From an uncultured candidatus Porisulfidus sp. (GTDB lineage: Bacteria > Pseudomonadota > Gammaproteobacteria > Poriferisulfidales > Oxydemutatoraceae), in the NCBI GenBank assembly GCA_963693105.1, contig OY843752.1:23315-87314 (forward strand): a stretch of 64,000 nt of DNA, in the 5' to 3' direction. The position numbers and the translations under genes are program-made. Below the pieces are notes generated by a model. That model ran no database searches. It had not been told where the DNA came from and worked only from the letters and a program-made list of their open reading frames with translations. Shown in pieces: positions 37,633 to 47,642 of the stretch; the stretch's first letter is position 1; each line of letters starts with the position of its first letter.

Positions 37633-38783
37633 TTTATTTGTGAGGGCTCATCATACAGGTTCTCTACAAGCCACGCGTCGTAACCGGGCTTGACCGCAAG
37701 ACTCTTCTTCAAAAAGCCGCGGCCACGATCCGGCTCGCCCGACTGCTTGTACAGCCGCGCCATGCACAACAGCAAGGCGGCATCGTCAGGCCGCCGCGCC
37801 AGCCACCGCTGCACATTCGGGATTCTGCGCGACAAATCACCGCCGCGCAATATACCGTACTGGCGGATTGCATCCTCGCCCCAGCCGTCCTCGATGATTT
37901 TTTCCAGATGCCGGGCGGCATCACCGGCGGCGCCCGCCCGCTCCAGCAGGCCCGCGTATTCAAGCAAAAGCGCCCGTCCGGGCACAAAACCCGGGCGCCG
38001 CAGGGCGTCTTCCCACGTCCGCCGCAGTTGCGCCGCATCACCGGCGGCGGCGGCACGCGCGAGCAGCGACGCGGTCGCGCGCGTCTCAATGCGGCGGCAA
38101 AATGCCGGCCTGTGCGACAGTGCGCGGCGCGATGGCGGCTGCAACAAGGTCCCGGCGGCCTGCTCCATGCAGTGCTCATCGCGCTCGCACAACCCGGCCA
38201 GCAATTCAACGGCGCGCACATTGCCGGGCTGTTTGCCGAGCAGTTCGATCAACTGGCGCACGGCCTGCGTGGGCAGTTCGCCGCGCGCCGCCAGTTCGGC
38301 CCCGACCATCGCCTCCGCATGGCCGGCGGGACGCCACTGTGCGGCCAGTTCCAACACCTTGCGCGCGCCGTCGTTGTCGCCGACACGCAGCGCGCAGCGC
38401 GCCGCCAGCAGGCAGGCGGCGCGCTGCGCCGACGTGCCGGGCGTTTTCGCAATCTCGAGCAACGGCTTGTACGCTTCGGCGTAATCGCCTGCGACATACG
38501 CCAACAGCGCGTCGGTCAGGCGCCGCGAGGTCCGCCTTTTGTAATAACTCTGGTGCCCGGCGAACAGGCGTCCGGGCAGCCGCCACAACGAAACCAGCAG
38601 CCGCAACAGCAGCCCCAGCGCCAGCCACGCGGCGACCAGCGCCGTCACCACGACCCACAAACCGGCCTCAACGCGCCATTCGCCGACCGTGACGGCGACA
38701 TCGCCCGGATACTGCAACGACAGCAGCACAATCGCGGTAACACCCGCGAAAACCAACGTCAACGCCAACAGGATTCGCTTCAT
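37629..38783 (-). CDS. hemY: HemY-like protoheme IX biogenesis protein (N-terminal TM pair plus TPR)
   Basis: Last gene of hemCDXY. TPR-like repeats. Confidence 0.75.
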   Translation of the reverse strand: MKRILLALTLVFAGVTAIVLLSLQYPGDVAVTVGEWRVEAGLWVVVTALVAAWLALGLLLRLLVSLWRLPGRLFAGHQSYYKRRTSRRLTDALLAYVAGDYAEAYKPLLEIAKTPGTSAQRAACLLAARCALRVGDNDGARKVLELAAQWRPAGHAEAMVGAELAARGELPTQAVRQLIELLGKQPGNVRAVELLAGLCERDEHCMEQAAGTLLQPPSRRALSHRPAFCRRIETRATASLLARAAAAGDAAQLRRTWEDALRRPGFVPGRALLLEYAGLLERAGAAGDAARHLEKIIEDGWGEDAIRQYGILRGGDLSRRIPNVQRWLARRPDDAALLLCMARLYKQSGEPDRGRGFLKKSLAVKPGYDAWLVENLYDEPSQIK

Positions 38784-39643
38784 TCAGCCCCCGTTTGCGA
38801 TGGCGCGAACGCGGCGCCGAGCGATGGAGGATGCCATTGCATATCCAGCGAGCGCAGACGCGCCAGCGCCTCGTGCAACTCCGCATCTTCGCCGCTTCTT
38901 TCCCCGGCCAGACGCATGATGTCAGCGGTCAACACGTCAAATGCCTGCGCGTCGTTTTCCAAAACGGCAAGCCGCGCGCGCAGCAGCATGTGGCGCAGCA
39001 GCCTCGTGTCGTCTTGCGTCAGTGTCTTGTGCCGCTCAACGCGGACAGCGGCTTTCAACTGATCCGGCAGGCGCGCGAGCCAGCTCCGCCAGTAACCCGT
39101 ATCCGGGCCCGCCCCGTCCGCCGATGCCCGCGACGGCGCGGACTCCAGCATCGCCAGCAGTTCACCGAGGACGGGCATCGCCCGGCGCGGCGACCTGGCC
39201 ATGTATTTGGACAGCCTCGCAATGTCGTCGTTCAACGCCTGCCTCTCCGTCTCCATATCCGGCGCCCCCTCTATCAGGCGCAGAGTCTGTTGCAGCAGTT
39301 CGAGCGCCTCGTGCGGTGCGTGCGCGATTTCAAGCAAACGGCGCGCCGCCGACACGCGGTAATTCAGGTCGTCTGAGGTGAGGGTTTCATGCAGGCGCGC
39401 GGCGCGCTCTTCGGAAACCGTCAGGCGGCGCTCCAGTTCCTCGATGGCCTGCTGCGCCTCCCGGCGGCGCAATTCAGCCCGCTCATCGGCCGGCCCGCCG
39501 GCGGCGTTTTGCGCGGGCGGCGGCGCGGCGACGGGCGCTTCGGCGACCATCGCGGGCCACGGCGCATACCGCATCCACAGCAACGCCAGCACTGACGCCG
39601 CGACCACCGCCAAAGCCGGCACGATGAGTTTCCGTGAAATCAT
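38780..39643 (-). CDS. hemX: HemX-like membrane-anchored coiled-coil protein
   Basis: N-terminal TM, Ala/Glu-rich coiled coil. Position between hemD and hemY. Confidence 0.7.
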   Translation of the reverse strand: MISRKLIVPALAVVAASVLALLWMRYAPWPAMVAEAPVAAPPPAQNAAGGPADERAELRRREAQQAIEELERRLTVSEERAARLHETLTSDDLNYRVSAARRLLEIAHAPHEALELLQQTLRLIEGAPDMETERQALNDDIARLSKYMARSPRRAMPVLGELLAMLESAPSRASADGAGPDTGYWRSWLARLPDQLKAAVRVERHKTLTQDDTRLLRHMLLRARLAVLENDAQAFDVLTADIMRLAGERSGEDAELHEALARLRSLDMQWHPPSLGAAFAPSQTGAE

Positions 39644-39683
39644 ACGGCTTCATTATAAGAGTTGGCCGCTCCATCCGGCGGAA

Positions 39684-40460
39684 TCAGGGATTCCGCCTCC
39701 ATTGCACGACGGCAGCGACCACATCCTCGTCCACCGGGCTGCGCGCAACAATGGGCGGCGCGCTGAAACCGAGGCGCCCGTGCAACCCGGCCATGGCGGC
39801 GCTGCCGAGCGCCACCGTGATTCTGAAAAGCGCGTCGTGCGAGCCGGGCGCGGTCAAATCCAGCAGGTTTTGCAGGCTGTCGGCGCTCGCCGACAAGATG
39901 ACGTCGGGATCGCCGGGCGCGCCAAACGACAAGCGCACGCCGGGCGGCTTGCGCCGCCGGTACACCTCGACATAATCCACCTCCACGCCGCGCGCGCGCA
40001 AAGTCCGCGCCAACAGCTCGTTGCCGCCTTCGCCGCGAAACACCAGCACCCTGCCGCGGTCCAGGCTTTTCATCAGGCCGGTTTCCAGCAGCGCCTCGCT
40101 GCCGGTGGCCTGCGCCGGATTGACGATGCTGTCCACTCCCTCGCGCGCGAGACGCTCGCCGGTCTTGACGCCGACCGCGGCGACCGGCACGTCCGGCGGC
40201 AGGCCGACACCCGCGCCACGCAGCAGATTAAATCCCGCCTCCACCGCATTGCGGCTGATAAAGACGAACAACCGGTAACGCCGCAGATCGCGCACCATCC
40301 CGAGATTTTCGGGCGCCGCACTCAAGTCCACGATCTCCATGCACGGGCGGCGTATCACTTCGGCGCCCGCCCTTTCGAGCAGCGCGGACAAATGCCCGGC
40401 GAGATGCGCCGGGCGGGTGACCATCACGCGCAGATTTTCAAGCGGCGGACGCTGCGCCAT
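39684..40460 (-). CDS. hemD: Uroporphyrinogen-III synthase
   Basis: About 258 aa HemD fold. Follows hemC. Confidence 0.8.
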   Translation of the reverse strand: MAQRPPLENLRVMVTRPAHLAGHLSALLERAGAEVIRRPCMEIVDLSAAPENLGMVRDLRRYRLFVFISRNAVEAGFNLLRGAGVGLPPDVPVAAVGVKTGERLAREGVDSIVNPAQATGSEALLETGLMKSLDRGRVLVFRGEGGNELLARTLRARGVEVDYVEVYRRRKPPGVRLSFGAPGDPDVILSASADSLQNLLDLTAPGSHDALFRITVALGSAAMAGLHGRLGFSAPPIVARSPVDEDVVAAVVQWRRNP

Positions 40461-40463
40461 GAT

Positions 40464-41390
40464 TCAGACGGCGAACTGCGCGAGCAACTCGCCCGCCCCC
40501 TGCGACAGCAACGCTTCGGCGGCGGCGGCGGCGAGTTCCGCGCCCCGCTCCGCCGCGCCGCTGCGGTCGTCGTGCAGGATGCGCCGCCCCTCGGCGTCGC
40601 CGACCAGCGCGCGCAAACGCAAAACGCCGTCGTGCAGCGAAGCGTGAGCGGCCAGCGGCCAGCGGCAGTCGGCGCCGAGACGGCGCGCCAGCGCGCGCTC
40701 GGTCTCGACACAAACGCGCGTGTGCGCATCGTCCAGCGCATGGATGAACGGCACAACCCCGTCGTCACCGTCGCGGCACTCGATGCCGATGGCGCCCTGG
40801 CCGGCGGCGGGCAGGCTGATGTCGTGCGGCAATGTGCGGCGAATGCGCGCGGCGAGGCCGAGTCGTTTGAGACCGGCGCCGGCGAGAATCAGGCCGTCGT
40901 ATTCACCGGCGTCGAGCTTTTCCAGGCGGGTGCCGACATTGCCGTGCAGTTCCACGACCGAAAGACGCGGATAACGGCGCCGGATTTGACACCGCCGGCG
41001 CAGGCTGGCGGTGCCGATGACCGCGTTGTCCGGCATTTGTTCCGGGCTTTCGTGGGCATTGCAAACAAAGACATCCGACGCATCCTCGCGCGCCATCATC
41101 GCCGCGATGACCAGGCCGCCGGGCAATTGCGCGGGCAGGTCCTTCATCGAATGAACCGCGATATCGGCGCGCCCGTCGAACAGGCCGCGCTCCAGTTCCC
41201 GCACAAACAACCCCTTGCCGCCGCCGTCCGTCGTGCGTACGCGCGCGCCCGCCGTGTCGCCGCGCGTCGTCATCGGCACGGTTTCGACCCGCAACTCAGG
41301 AAACCGCGCCCGCAACGCCGCCGCCACCAGCCCGGCCTGACACAACGCCAGCGGACTTTTGCGCGTGGCAATACGAATTCTCGTGTGCAT
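40464..41390 (-). CDS. hemC: Hydroxymethylbilane synthase (porphobilinogen deaminase)
   Basis: 'IRIATRKSPLALCQ' N-terminus. Cofactor-binding Cys region. Confidence 0.9.
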   Translation of the reverse strand: MHTRIRIATRKSPLALCQAGLVAAALRARFPELRVETVPMTTRGDTAGARVRTTDGGGKGLFVRELERGLFDGRADIAVHSMKDLPAQLPGGLVIAAMMAREDASDVFVCNAHESPEQMPDNAVIGTASLRRRCQIRRRYPRLSVVELHGNVGTRLEKLDAGEYDGLILAGAGLKRLGLAARIRRTLPHDISLPAAGQGAIGIECRDGDDGVVPFIHALDDAHTRVCVETERALARRLGADCRWPLAAHASLHDGVLRLRALVGDAEGRRILHDDRSGAAERGAELAAAAAEALLSQGAGELLAQFAV

Positions 41391-41478
41391 TGGCCAAGTA
41401 TAAAACCCTATCCGTCAATCGTACAAAAAGAAAGGCCGCCCGGAGGCGGCCTTTCATGGCGCGGGCACAGCCGCGGAT

Positions 41479-42252
41479 TCAGTCGAGATGCGACCTGTCG
41501 TCGCCTCTCGCGCTGAGAAACACCTCGAACTGCTTCATAAACTCGCGCAGTCCCGCGATGTGACGCCGGCTCACCGGGAGTTTCTTCCTGAAACCCTTGA
41601 GCGCGACCGAAACGCGCCCCCTGGAGTCCTTTTCAAACGACTCGATGAAGGCCTTGTTGACCAGCGCGTTGCGGTGGATGCGGATGATCCGGTCACCGAA
41701 CTCCTGTTCAAGATGTTTCAACGGGTCGTCAATCAGGTTGCGCCCGCCGGTGTGATAGACCACCGTGTACTTGTGATCGGCCTTGAACATGATGATGTTC
41801 TTGATGGCGATCAACTCCAGCGTATTGCCGACGCGGCAGTACAAATGACTGCGAGTCCTGCCGAACGGGGACGGTTCCCTGATTTCCAGCGGCCTCGAGT
41901 ATTGCAACCGCTCCAGTTTGTCGCTGAGTTGCTCGCGCATCACCGGCTTCAGCAGATAACCGGCGGCGTCCAGGCCGAACGCCGCGAAGGCATGCTGGAC
42001 GTAGGCGGTCGTGAAGATAATCTGCGGCGGCCGGTCGCTGCCGCAGATGTGGTACGCCGCTTCGAGGCCGTCCATGCCGGGCATGTGAATGTCCATCAGC
42101 ACGACGTCCACGTCCAGTTCATCGACCTTGCGCACAGCGTCAAGGCCGTTGCCGGCGTGGCCCGCCACATAACAGCCCGGCACGTCGCCGACCATTCTGC
42201 TGAGCCGCTCGCAAGCGAATTTTTCGTCATCGACGATTAAGATGCTTATCAT
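41479..42252 (-). CDS. algR: LytTR-family response regulator (AlgR-like)
   Basis: Receiver domain 'ILIVDDE...DIHMPGMDGLE' plus a C-terminal LytTR DNA-binding domain. Adjacent to hemC as in Pseudomonas. Confidence 0.8.
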   Translation of the reverse strand: MISILIVDDEKFACERLSRMVGDVPGCYVAGHAGNGLDAVRKVDELDVDVVLMDIHMPGMDGLEAAYHICGSDRPPQIIFTTAYVQHAFAAFGLDAAGYLLKPVMREQLSDKLERLQYSRPLEIREPSPFGRTRSHLYCRVGNTLELIAIKNIIMFKADHKYTVVYHTGGRNLIDDPLKHLEQEFGDRIIRIHRNALVNKAFIESFEKDSRGRVSVALKGFRKKLPVSRRHIAGLREFMKQFEVFLSARGDDRSHLD

Positions 42253-43129
42253 TGTCTTTCTCCATGGGAATATTGATTTTCACGCGGTACTCCTGCGCCT
42301 GTTGCTCGTCGTCAAAAACAAAATCGTCGCCGTAGGCCTGCACCAGGCGCCGGTGGATGTTTTTCCGCGCGACGCGGTTGCCGCGCCGACGGCGGTGCGC
42401 GATGCTGTTGACGGGATTGCGAATGTCGAACACCAGGCGGCGGCCCGGGCTGGTGACGGCGATCTTGACGGTGCCGCCGGCCAGCCGGGTTTCGATGCCG
42501 TGATAAATCGCATTCTCAATCAGCGGTTGTAAAATGATGGACGGGACCCGTATCTTCGCGGTCTCGTCGCAATCCAGCCGCCATTCAACCCGCAGCCTTT
42601 GCCCCAGCCGCAGGCGCTCCATCTCCACATAGCATTGCGCCATCCGAATTTCCTCGGCCAACGTGGTTTGTTTCTCCTGGAACAACATCATCCTGAAAAT
42701 TTCCGATAGATGCCCAAGATGAGTCTCCGCAATGTCGGGATGCGGCTTAATCAGACAAACGGTAGCATTCAGGGTGTTGAACAGAAAATGGTAGCGAATC
42801 CGGTGCAGCAGAACGTCCTCGCCGGCATCCTCCCGGGGCCGGTTCCGGCCGGAGGCGGCGGCACCGCCCACGCGGCCCTGAAAGCCCGTGCGGCACAACA
42901 GCCGCAGGCCGGCGGCGGCCACGACACAGGCCGCCAGTTGCAGAAGGACAATGAGACCGAGCCATTGCACGACGTCCGCCCGTGGGGTGGCGCCGGCGTA
43001 AATCGCAAGCAAAGCAGCGACCACGACAAACGAAATCCCGCAGAGCAGATACAGGCTCCCTTTGAGGAGAATCCGCTCCAACGGTGTCCGCCACGCAATG
43101 CCCTCATCATGCCATGATGGGAACCGCAT
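42227..43129 (-). CDS. algZ: Sensor histidine kinase partner of the LytTR regulator (AlgZ/FimS-like)
   Basis: TM N-terminus, 'HFLFNTLN' H-box, 'ENAIYHG' N-box. Overlaps the regulator gene. Confidence 0.7.
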   Translation of the reverse strand: MRFPSWHDEGIAWRTPLERILLKGSLYLLCGISFVVVAALLAIYAGATPRADVVQWLGLIVLLQLAACVVAAAGLRLLCRTGFQGRVGGAAASGRNRPREDAGEDVLLHRIRYHFLFNTLNATVCLIKPHPDIAETHLGHLSEIFRMMLFQEKQTTLAEEIRMAQCYVEMERLRLGQRLRVEWRLDCDETAKIRVPSIILQPLIENAIYHGIETRLAGGTVKIAVTSPGRRLVFDIRNPVNSIAHRRRRGNRVARKNIHRRLVQAYGDDFVFDDEQQAQEYRVKINIPMEKDNDKHLNRR

Positions 43130-43234
43130 TTTTTTTGTTTCCTGTTATTGGTATTATTCTTGCCAGGAAGAGCGTTTCAATTCACGCCCGGAATATGGCA
43201 ATATAGATGATTCCGCTGGAATATTAACCAGCCC

Positions 43235-44641
43235 ATGCATAAAAAAAAGACCCAATCCAACGCGTTGCGTAGCCGCTTCGGCGAGGCCGCCGACCGCCGC
43301 GTCGAGCGCTTCACCGCATCGGTGCATTTTGACAGGCGGCTGTACGCCGAGGACATTGAAGGCTCCATCGCGCACGCGACCATTCTTGAACGAATCGGCG
43401 TGCTGACCGCCGCCGAGATGCAGGCCATCGTGCGCGGACTCGAGGCGATTCGCAGCGAGATCGAAGACGGCCTCTTTGAATGGAAGGAGTCGCTTGAGGA
43501 TGTGCACATGAACATCGAGGCGCGCCTGATCGAGACCATCGGCGAGGTCGGCAAGAAACTGCACACCGGGCGTTCGCGCAACGACCAGACGGCGACCGAT
43601 CTGCGGCTTTACCTGAACCGCCAGGTCGCCGTCATGCGCGCCGAAATACGCCGGCTGCAGACCGAAATCGTCACCGTCGCCGAACGCGAGGTCAACAGCG
43701 TCATGCCCGCGTTCACGCACCTGCAGGTGGCGCAGCCGGTCAGCTTCGGCCACCACATGATGGCCTGGTTCGAGATGCTCAAGCGCGACGACGCGAGGTT
43801 TTGCGAGATGCGCGCGCGCATCAGCGTGCTGCCGCTGGGCAGCGCCGCCTGCGCTGGCGCCAATTACCCGATTGACCGCGAATACGTCGCCGTGCTGCTC
43901 GGCTTCAGCGCGGTTTCCGACAATTCTCTGGACGCGGTTTCCGACCGCGACTTCGTGATTGAATTCTGCTCGGCCTGCGCGCTGCTGATGATGCACCTGT
44001 CGCGTTTTTGCGAGGAACTGGTGCTGTGGACTTCGCAGCAATTCGGCTTCATCACGATGCCCGACCGCTTCTGCACCGGTTCCTCCATCATGCCGCAGAA
44101 AAAAAACCCGGACGTGGCCGAACTGGTGCGCGGCAAAAGCGCGCGGGTTTACGGCGCGCAGATGGCGCTGCTGACGCTGATGAAAGCGCAGCCCCTCGCC
44201 TACAACCGCGACAACCAGGAAGACAAGGAAATCCTGTTCGACGCGCTGGACACGACACTCGCCTGCGTCGGCATCATGGCCGACATGATTGCGGCCATCG
44301 AGGTCAACCGCGAGCGCCTGCGGCAGGCGGCGCAAGGCGGTTTCTCCACCGCTACCGACCTCGCCGATTACCTGGTGTCGCTGCAGGTGCCTTTCCGCGA
44401 CGCCCACCGGGCCGTCGCCAGGGCGGTCAAACTGGCCGCCGACAGCGGGCGCACGCTCGAGCAGCTGACGGCGGAGGAATTCGCGCAACTGTGCCCGCAG
44501 GTCAAGACCGAAGTCCTGCATGTCGTGCAGCCCGAAGATTCACTGCACGCAAAGCAAACCCACGGCGGCCCGGCCCCGGAGTCGGTCAAAAAACGGATTA
44601 TCAGCGCCCGCGAATACCTGGCCGAACCGGTGGCGCCGTAA
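43235..44641 (+). CDS. argH: Argininosuccinate lyase
   Basis: Fumarate-lyase signature 'GSSIMPQKKNPD'. Divergent from algZ as in Pseudomonas. Confidence 0.9.
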   Translation: MHKKKTQSNALRSRFGEAADRRVERFTASVHFDRRLYAEDIEGSIAHATILERIGVLTAAEMQAIVRGLEAIRSEIEDGLFEWKESLEDVHMNIEARLIETIGEVGKKLHTGRSRNDQTATDLRLYLNRQVAVMRAEIRRLQTEIVTVAEREVNSVMPAFTHLQVAQPVSFGHHMMAWFEMLKRDDARFCEMRARISVLPLGSAACAGANYPIDREYVAVLLGFSAVSDNSLDAVSDRDFVIEFCSACALLMMHLSRFCEELVLWTSQQFGFITMPDRFCTGSSIMPQKKNPDVAELVRGKSARVYGAQMALLTLMKAQPLAYNRDNQEDKEILFDALDTTLACVGIMADMIAAIEVNRERLRQAAQGGFSTATDLADYLVSLQVPFRDAHRAVARAVKLAADSGRTLEQLTAEEFAQLCPQVKTEVLHVVQPEDSLHAKQTHGGPAPESVKKRIISAREYLAEPVAP

Positions 44642-44722
44642 CCGCTTTTATATCGAATTCAATCCTGCTGTTCCCACATCTTTACGATAGACCGACCAAA
44701 CCGCCCTGCAACGGCGGCGGCG

Positions 44723-45385
44723 TCACCCGGCGCAAAAGATTTCTTCCAGCCATTTCGACAGATCGACCAGCACCTTTTCATCTATCGAATGGCCAAGGCG
44801 GGCGTGTTCACGCCACTCGATGTGAAAGCCCGCCGCCTCCAGCCGCTGCCGCGACAAGCGGGCGTAATGAACCGGCAACGTCATGTCGAGCTTGCCGTGG
44901 ACCAGCAGCACCGGCACGCGCGACGACAGCGGCAGCTTCTCGCCGCGCGGCAGGTAGCCCGACAGCACAAATACGCCGCGCAGCGAATCCGGGTTGCGGC
45001 ACAGATAATGCAACGCCGCGGCGCCGCCCTGCGAGAAGCCGCCCAGAACAACGCGCTCCGGCGGAAATCCGCGCCGCGCAAGCGCCTCCAGCAATGCGTC
45101 AATGGAGTCGCACGTCTCGGCCAGCCCCTGCCAGTCCTCCTCGCCGTTGTCGCCGAAAGTGTGGATGTCGAACCACGCGGGCATCGAAAGCTTCGCGGCA
45201 ATGGTGACGCGGCGCAACGGCGCGCGCGGCAGCACAAAAGTCAGATGGTCGCGGCACTCGCGCGAGACGCCGCGGGCGACCGGGACAAGGCCCTCGTGGT
45301 TCGCGCCCAGGCCGTGCAGCAGGATGACCGCGCCGCGCGCGCTTCGGGCGTTCAGCCACAGCGCTTGTGGTTCAGCGCCGGACAA
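44723..45385 (-). CDS. Alpha/beta-hydrolase carboxylesterase/phospholipase family protein
   Basis: Nucleophile elbow 'GFSQGG'. 'LLHGLG' oxyanion region. Confidence 0.7.
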   Translation of the reverse strand: MSGAEPQALWLNARSARGAVILLHGLGANHEGLVPVARGVSRECRDHLTFVLPRAPLRRVTIAAKLSMPAWFDIHTFGDNGEEDWQGLAETCDSIDALLEALARRGFPPERVVLGGFSQGGAAALHYLCRNPDSLRGVFVLSGYLPRGEKLPLSSRVPVLLVHGKLDMTLPVHYARLSRQRLEAAGFHIEWREHARLGHSIDEKVLVDLSKWLEEIFCAG

Positions 45386-45425
45386 AGGTCGCGGAAACGC
45401 TCAAGGCGGGACGGCGGGCGGGGGG

Positions 45426-45740
45426 TTACTGGATGGTTTCCTCGAGGCTGTCCGACTGCCCGAGGTTATCCACCCAGCTCAACTTGATCTTCTCGCCTTT
45501 CTCGCCGCCGTCGAAGCGAAAGGCCATGTACGGGTTTTTCGACACGCCCGTTCCCCAGTACGCCTCGAACACCTTCTCGCCCTTGTACTCGCCGACGACT
45601 TTCTGGATGAAATGCGCCGGCACCGTCTCGCCGCTTTCACGGTCCTGACGCCGCCCGGTTTCCATCGGGTGGGTGATCAACACCTTGACAACGACGGCGC
45701 CGTTCTTGCGGCGCGCGCGCATTTTGATGCTTTTCGCCAT
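45426..45740 (-). CDS. soxZ: Thiosulfate/sulfur carrier protein SoxZ
   Basis: 104 aa. 'VKVLITHPMETG' and 'NPYMAFRF' SoxZ-like. Confidence 0.75.
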   Translation of the reverse strand: MAKSIKMRARRKNGAVVVKVLITHPMETGRRQDRESGETVPAHFIQKVVGEYKGEKVFEAYWGTGVSKNPYMAFRFDGGEKGEKIKLSWVDNLGQSDSLEETIQ

Positions 45741-45752
45741 CGCTGCGCGGCC

Positions 45753-46193
45753 TCAGGAACAGCCGCCGGCGGTCACGCGCACCGTCCGGCGGTGACTGTA
45801 ATAGCGCCCGTCGGCCTTGACCAGCGCGATGACGTCGGAGGTTTCCCGAACCTTGATGTTGGTCGCGATATACGGGTGGCTCTGCCCGTGCAGCACGAAT
45901 TGCGAGGTCAGCGGCACCGGATTCTTCTCCACCAGCAGGCTGATGGATTCGACGTTGTCGAGCGTGGTCTCGACCTCGACGCGCACCGCGCCGCCGTCTT
46001 CGGCAATGCCCGGCACCTTCAACGTGACGGCGCCCTCCTCGACATCGCCGCCGGCGATCATGTCGAGGGCTTTTTGCAACTCGGTCGTCTCAAAAGCCTC
46101 TTTCGGCCAGTTGGCCGACAACGCGGCGGGCGCCAGCGCCGCCGCCAGCGCGGCAAGGCTCCGGTGTAGAAATTCTCTGCGGTTTTTGTTCAT
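45753..46193 (-). CDS. soxY: Sulfur carrier protein SoxY (Tat signal)
   Basis: 'RREFLHRSLAALAA' Tat signal. C-terminal '...VTAGGCS' carrier cysteine (variant of the usual GGCGG-COOH). Confidence 0.75.
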   Translation of the reverse strand: MNKNRREFLHRSLAALAAALAPAALSANWPKEAFETTELQKALDMIAGGDVEEGAVTLKVPGIAEDGGAVRVEVETTLDNVESISLLVEKNPVPLTSQFVLHGQSHPYIATNIKVRETSDVIALVKADGRYYSHRRTVRVTAGGCS

Positions 46194-46226
46194 TTTCCGG
46201 TCCTGATGTTAAACTGGAATGTAAGG

Positions 46227-46349
46227 ATGATTATAACACGGTTACTCGCGGCACTCGCCGTCCTGCTCATTCTTTCGGCTTTGTCCTCGTGCGGGCAGAC
46301 GGGCGATCTCTACCTGCCGGACGAAGACGAACTCTCCCGCAAACAATGA
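46227..46349 (+). CDS. lptM: Small lipoprotein LptM/YifL-like (40 aa)
   Basis: 'MIITRLLAALAVLLILSALSSCGQTGDLYLP' lipobox LSSC. ATGA overlap with lysA. Not in the ORF track (<60 aa). Confidence 0.5.
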   Translation: MIITRLLAALAVLLILSALSSCGQTGDLYLPDEDELSRKQ

Positions 46350-47611
46350 ACGAAGAGTTCAACGCGTGCCCTCGCCTGCGGCGCGAGGGTGGCCGCCTGC
46401 GTTTCGACGGCGTCGGCCTGGACGACATCGCGCGGCAGTTCGGTACGCCGGTCTATGTCTATTCGCGCGCCGGCATCGAGGAAAACTGGCGGCGCATTGA
46501 CGCGGCGTTCGGCGCGCGCCGGCATCTCGTATGTTACGCCGTCAAAGCGTGTTCCAACATCGCCGTCCTTAACATGCTGGCGCGTCTCGGCAGCGGCTTT
46601 GACATCGTCTCCGGCGGCGAACTCGAGCGCGTGCTGAAAGCCGGCGGCGACCCCGCAAAAGTCGTTTTTTCCGGCGTCGGCAAGCAGATGTGGGAAATCG
46701 AGCAGGCGCTGCGCGCCGGCATCGGCTGTTTCAACGTCGAATCCGGCGAAGAGCTCGAGCGCATCGAGCAGGCCGCCGGCGAACTGAACCGTGCCGCACC
46801 CGTCGCCGTGCGCGTCAACCCGGACGTGAACGCCAACACCCACCCGTATATCGCCACCGGGCTGCGTCACAGCAAATTCGGCGTCGGCCTTGAGGAAGCG
46901 GAAAAACTCTACGACGAGATACGGCGCAGTCCGCTGCTCGAGGCGCGCGGCGTGGACTGCCACATCGGCTCGCAGGTGACAGAAACCGCGCCCTACCGGC
47001 AGGCGCTGGAATCCACCGTCGCACTCGCCGACCGCCTGGCGCAGCGCGGCATCGGCATCGAGCATCTCGATGTCGGCGGCGGTTTCGGCATCGCCTACCC
47101 GGACGTCAGCCCGCCGCCCGTCGAGGAATACATCGGCGCCATCTGCGACGCCGTCGGCAAGCGGCCGTACCGCATCATCACCGAGCCGGGGCGCGCCGTG
47201 ACCGGCGACGCCGGCGTGCTGCTGACCGCCGTGCTGCGCCGCAAGCACAACGGCGGCAGGGACTTTGCGGTGGTGGACGCGGCCATGAACGATTTGCTGA
47301 GGCCCGCGCTCTACCGGGCGCGCCACGACATCGTCGCAGTGTGCGGGCGCAAAGGCGAGGCGCAGCCGTTTGACGTGGTCGGGCCGGTGTGCGAGACCGG
47401 CGACACACTGGGGCAGACGCACCTGCCGGACGCGCGCCGCGGCGATTTGCTGGCGGTGTTGTCGGCGGGGGCCTACGGCTTTTCGATGGCGGGCAACTAC
47501 AACTCCAGAACACGCCCGGCCGAGGTCGTCGTGGACCGCGGCGAAGCGCACCTCGTGCGCCTGCGCGAAAGCATCCGGGACTTGCTCGAGGGCGAGTGCC
47601 TGCTACCCTGA
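46346..47611 (+). CDS. lysA: Diaminopimelate decarboxylase
   Basis: PLP-binding 'YAVKACSN'. Fold-III decarboxylase motifs ('GGGFGIAY', 'EPGR', 'CETGD'). Confidence 0.9.
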   Translation: MNEEFNACPRLRREGGRLRFDGVGLDDIARQFGTPVYVYSRAGIEENWRRIDAAFGARRHLVCYAVKACSNIAVLNMLARLGSGFDIVSGGELERVLKAGGDPAKVVFSGVGKQMWEIEQALRAGIGCFNVESGEELERIEQAAGELNRAAPVAVRVNPDVNANTHPYIATGLRHSKFGVGLEEAEKLYDEIRRSPLLEARGVDCHIGSQVTETAPYRQALESTVALADRLAQRGIGIEHLDVGGGFGIAYPDVSPPPVEEYIGAICDAVGKRPYRIITEPGRAVTGDAGVLLTAVLRRKHNGGRDFAVVDAAMNDLLRPALYRARHDIVAVCGRKGEAQPFDVVGPVCETGDTLGQTHLPDARRGDLLAVLSAGAYGFSMAGNYNSRTRPAEVVVDRGEAHLVRLRESIRDLLEGECLLP

Positions 47612-47642
47612 CGCCGTGGACAGAATCACCGAACCGGAACTG

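Noticed and set aside
43154-44521. 455-aa minus-strand ORF opposite argH, and the Arg-rich ORFs 44008-45207 and 45102-46169
   Set aside because: Antisense to argH, the esterase, soxYZ and lysA. Low-complexity translations.
46310-47551. 413-aa minus-strand ORF opposite lysA
   Set aside because: Antisense artefact. lysA has the canonical PLP-decarboxylase motifs.
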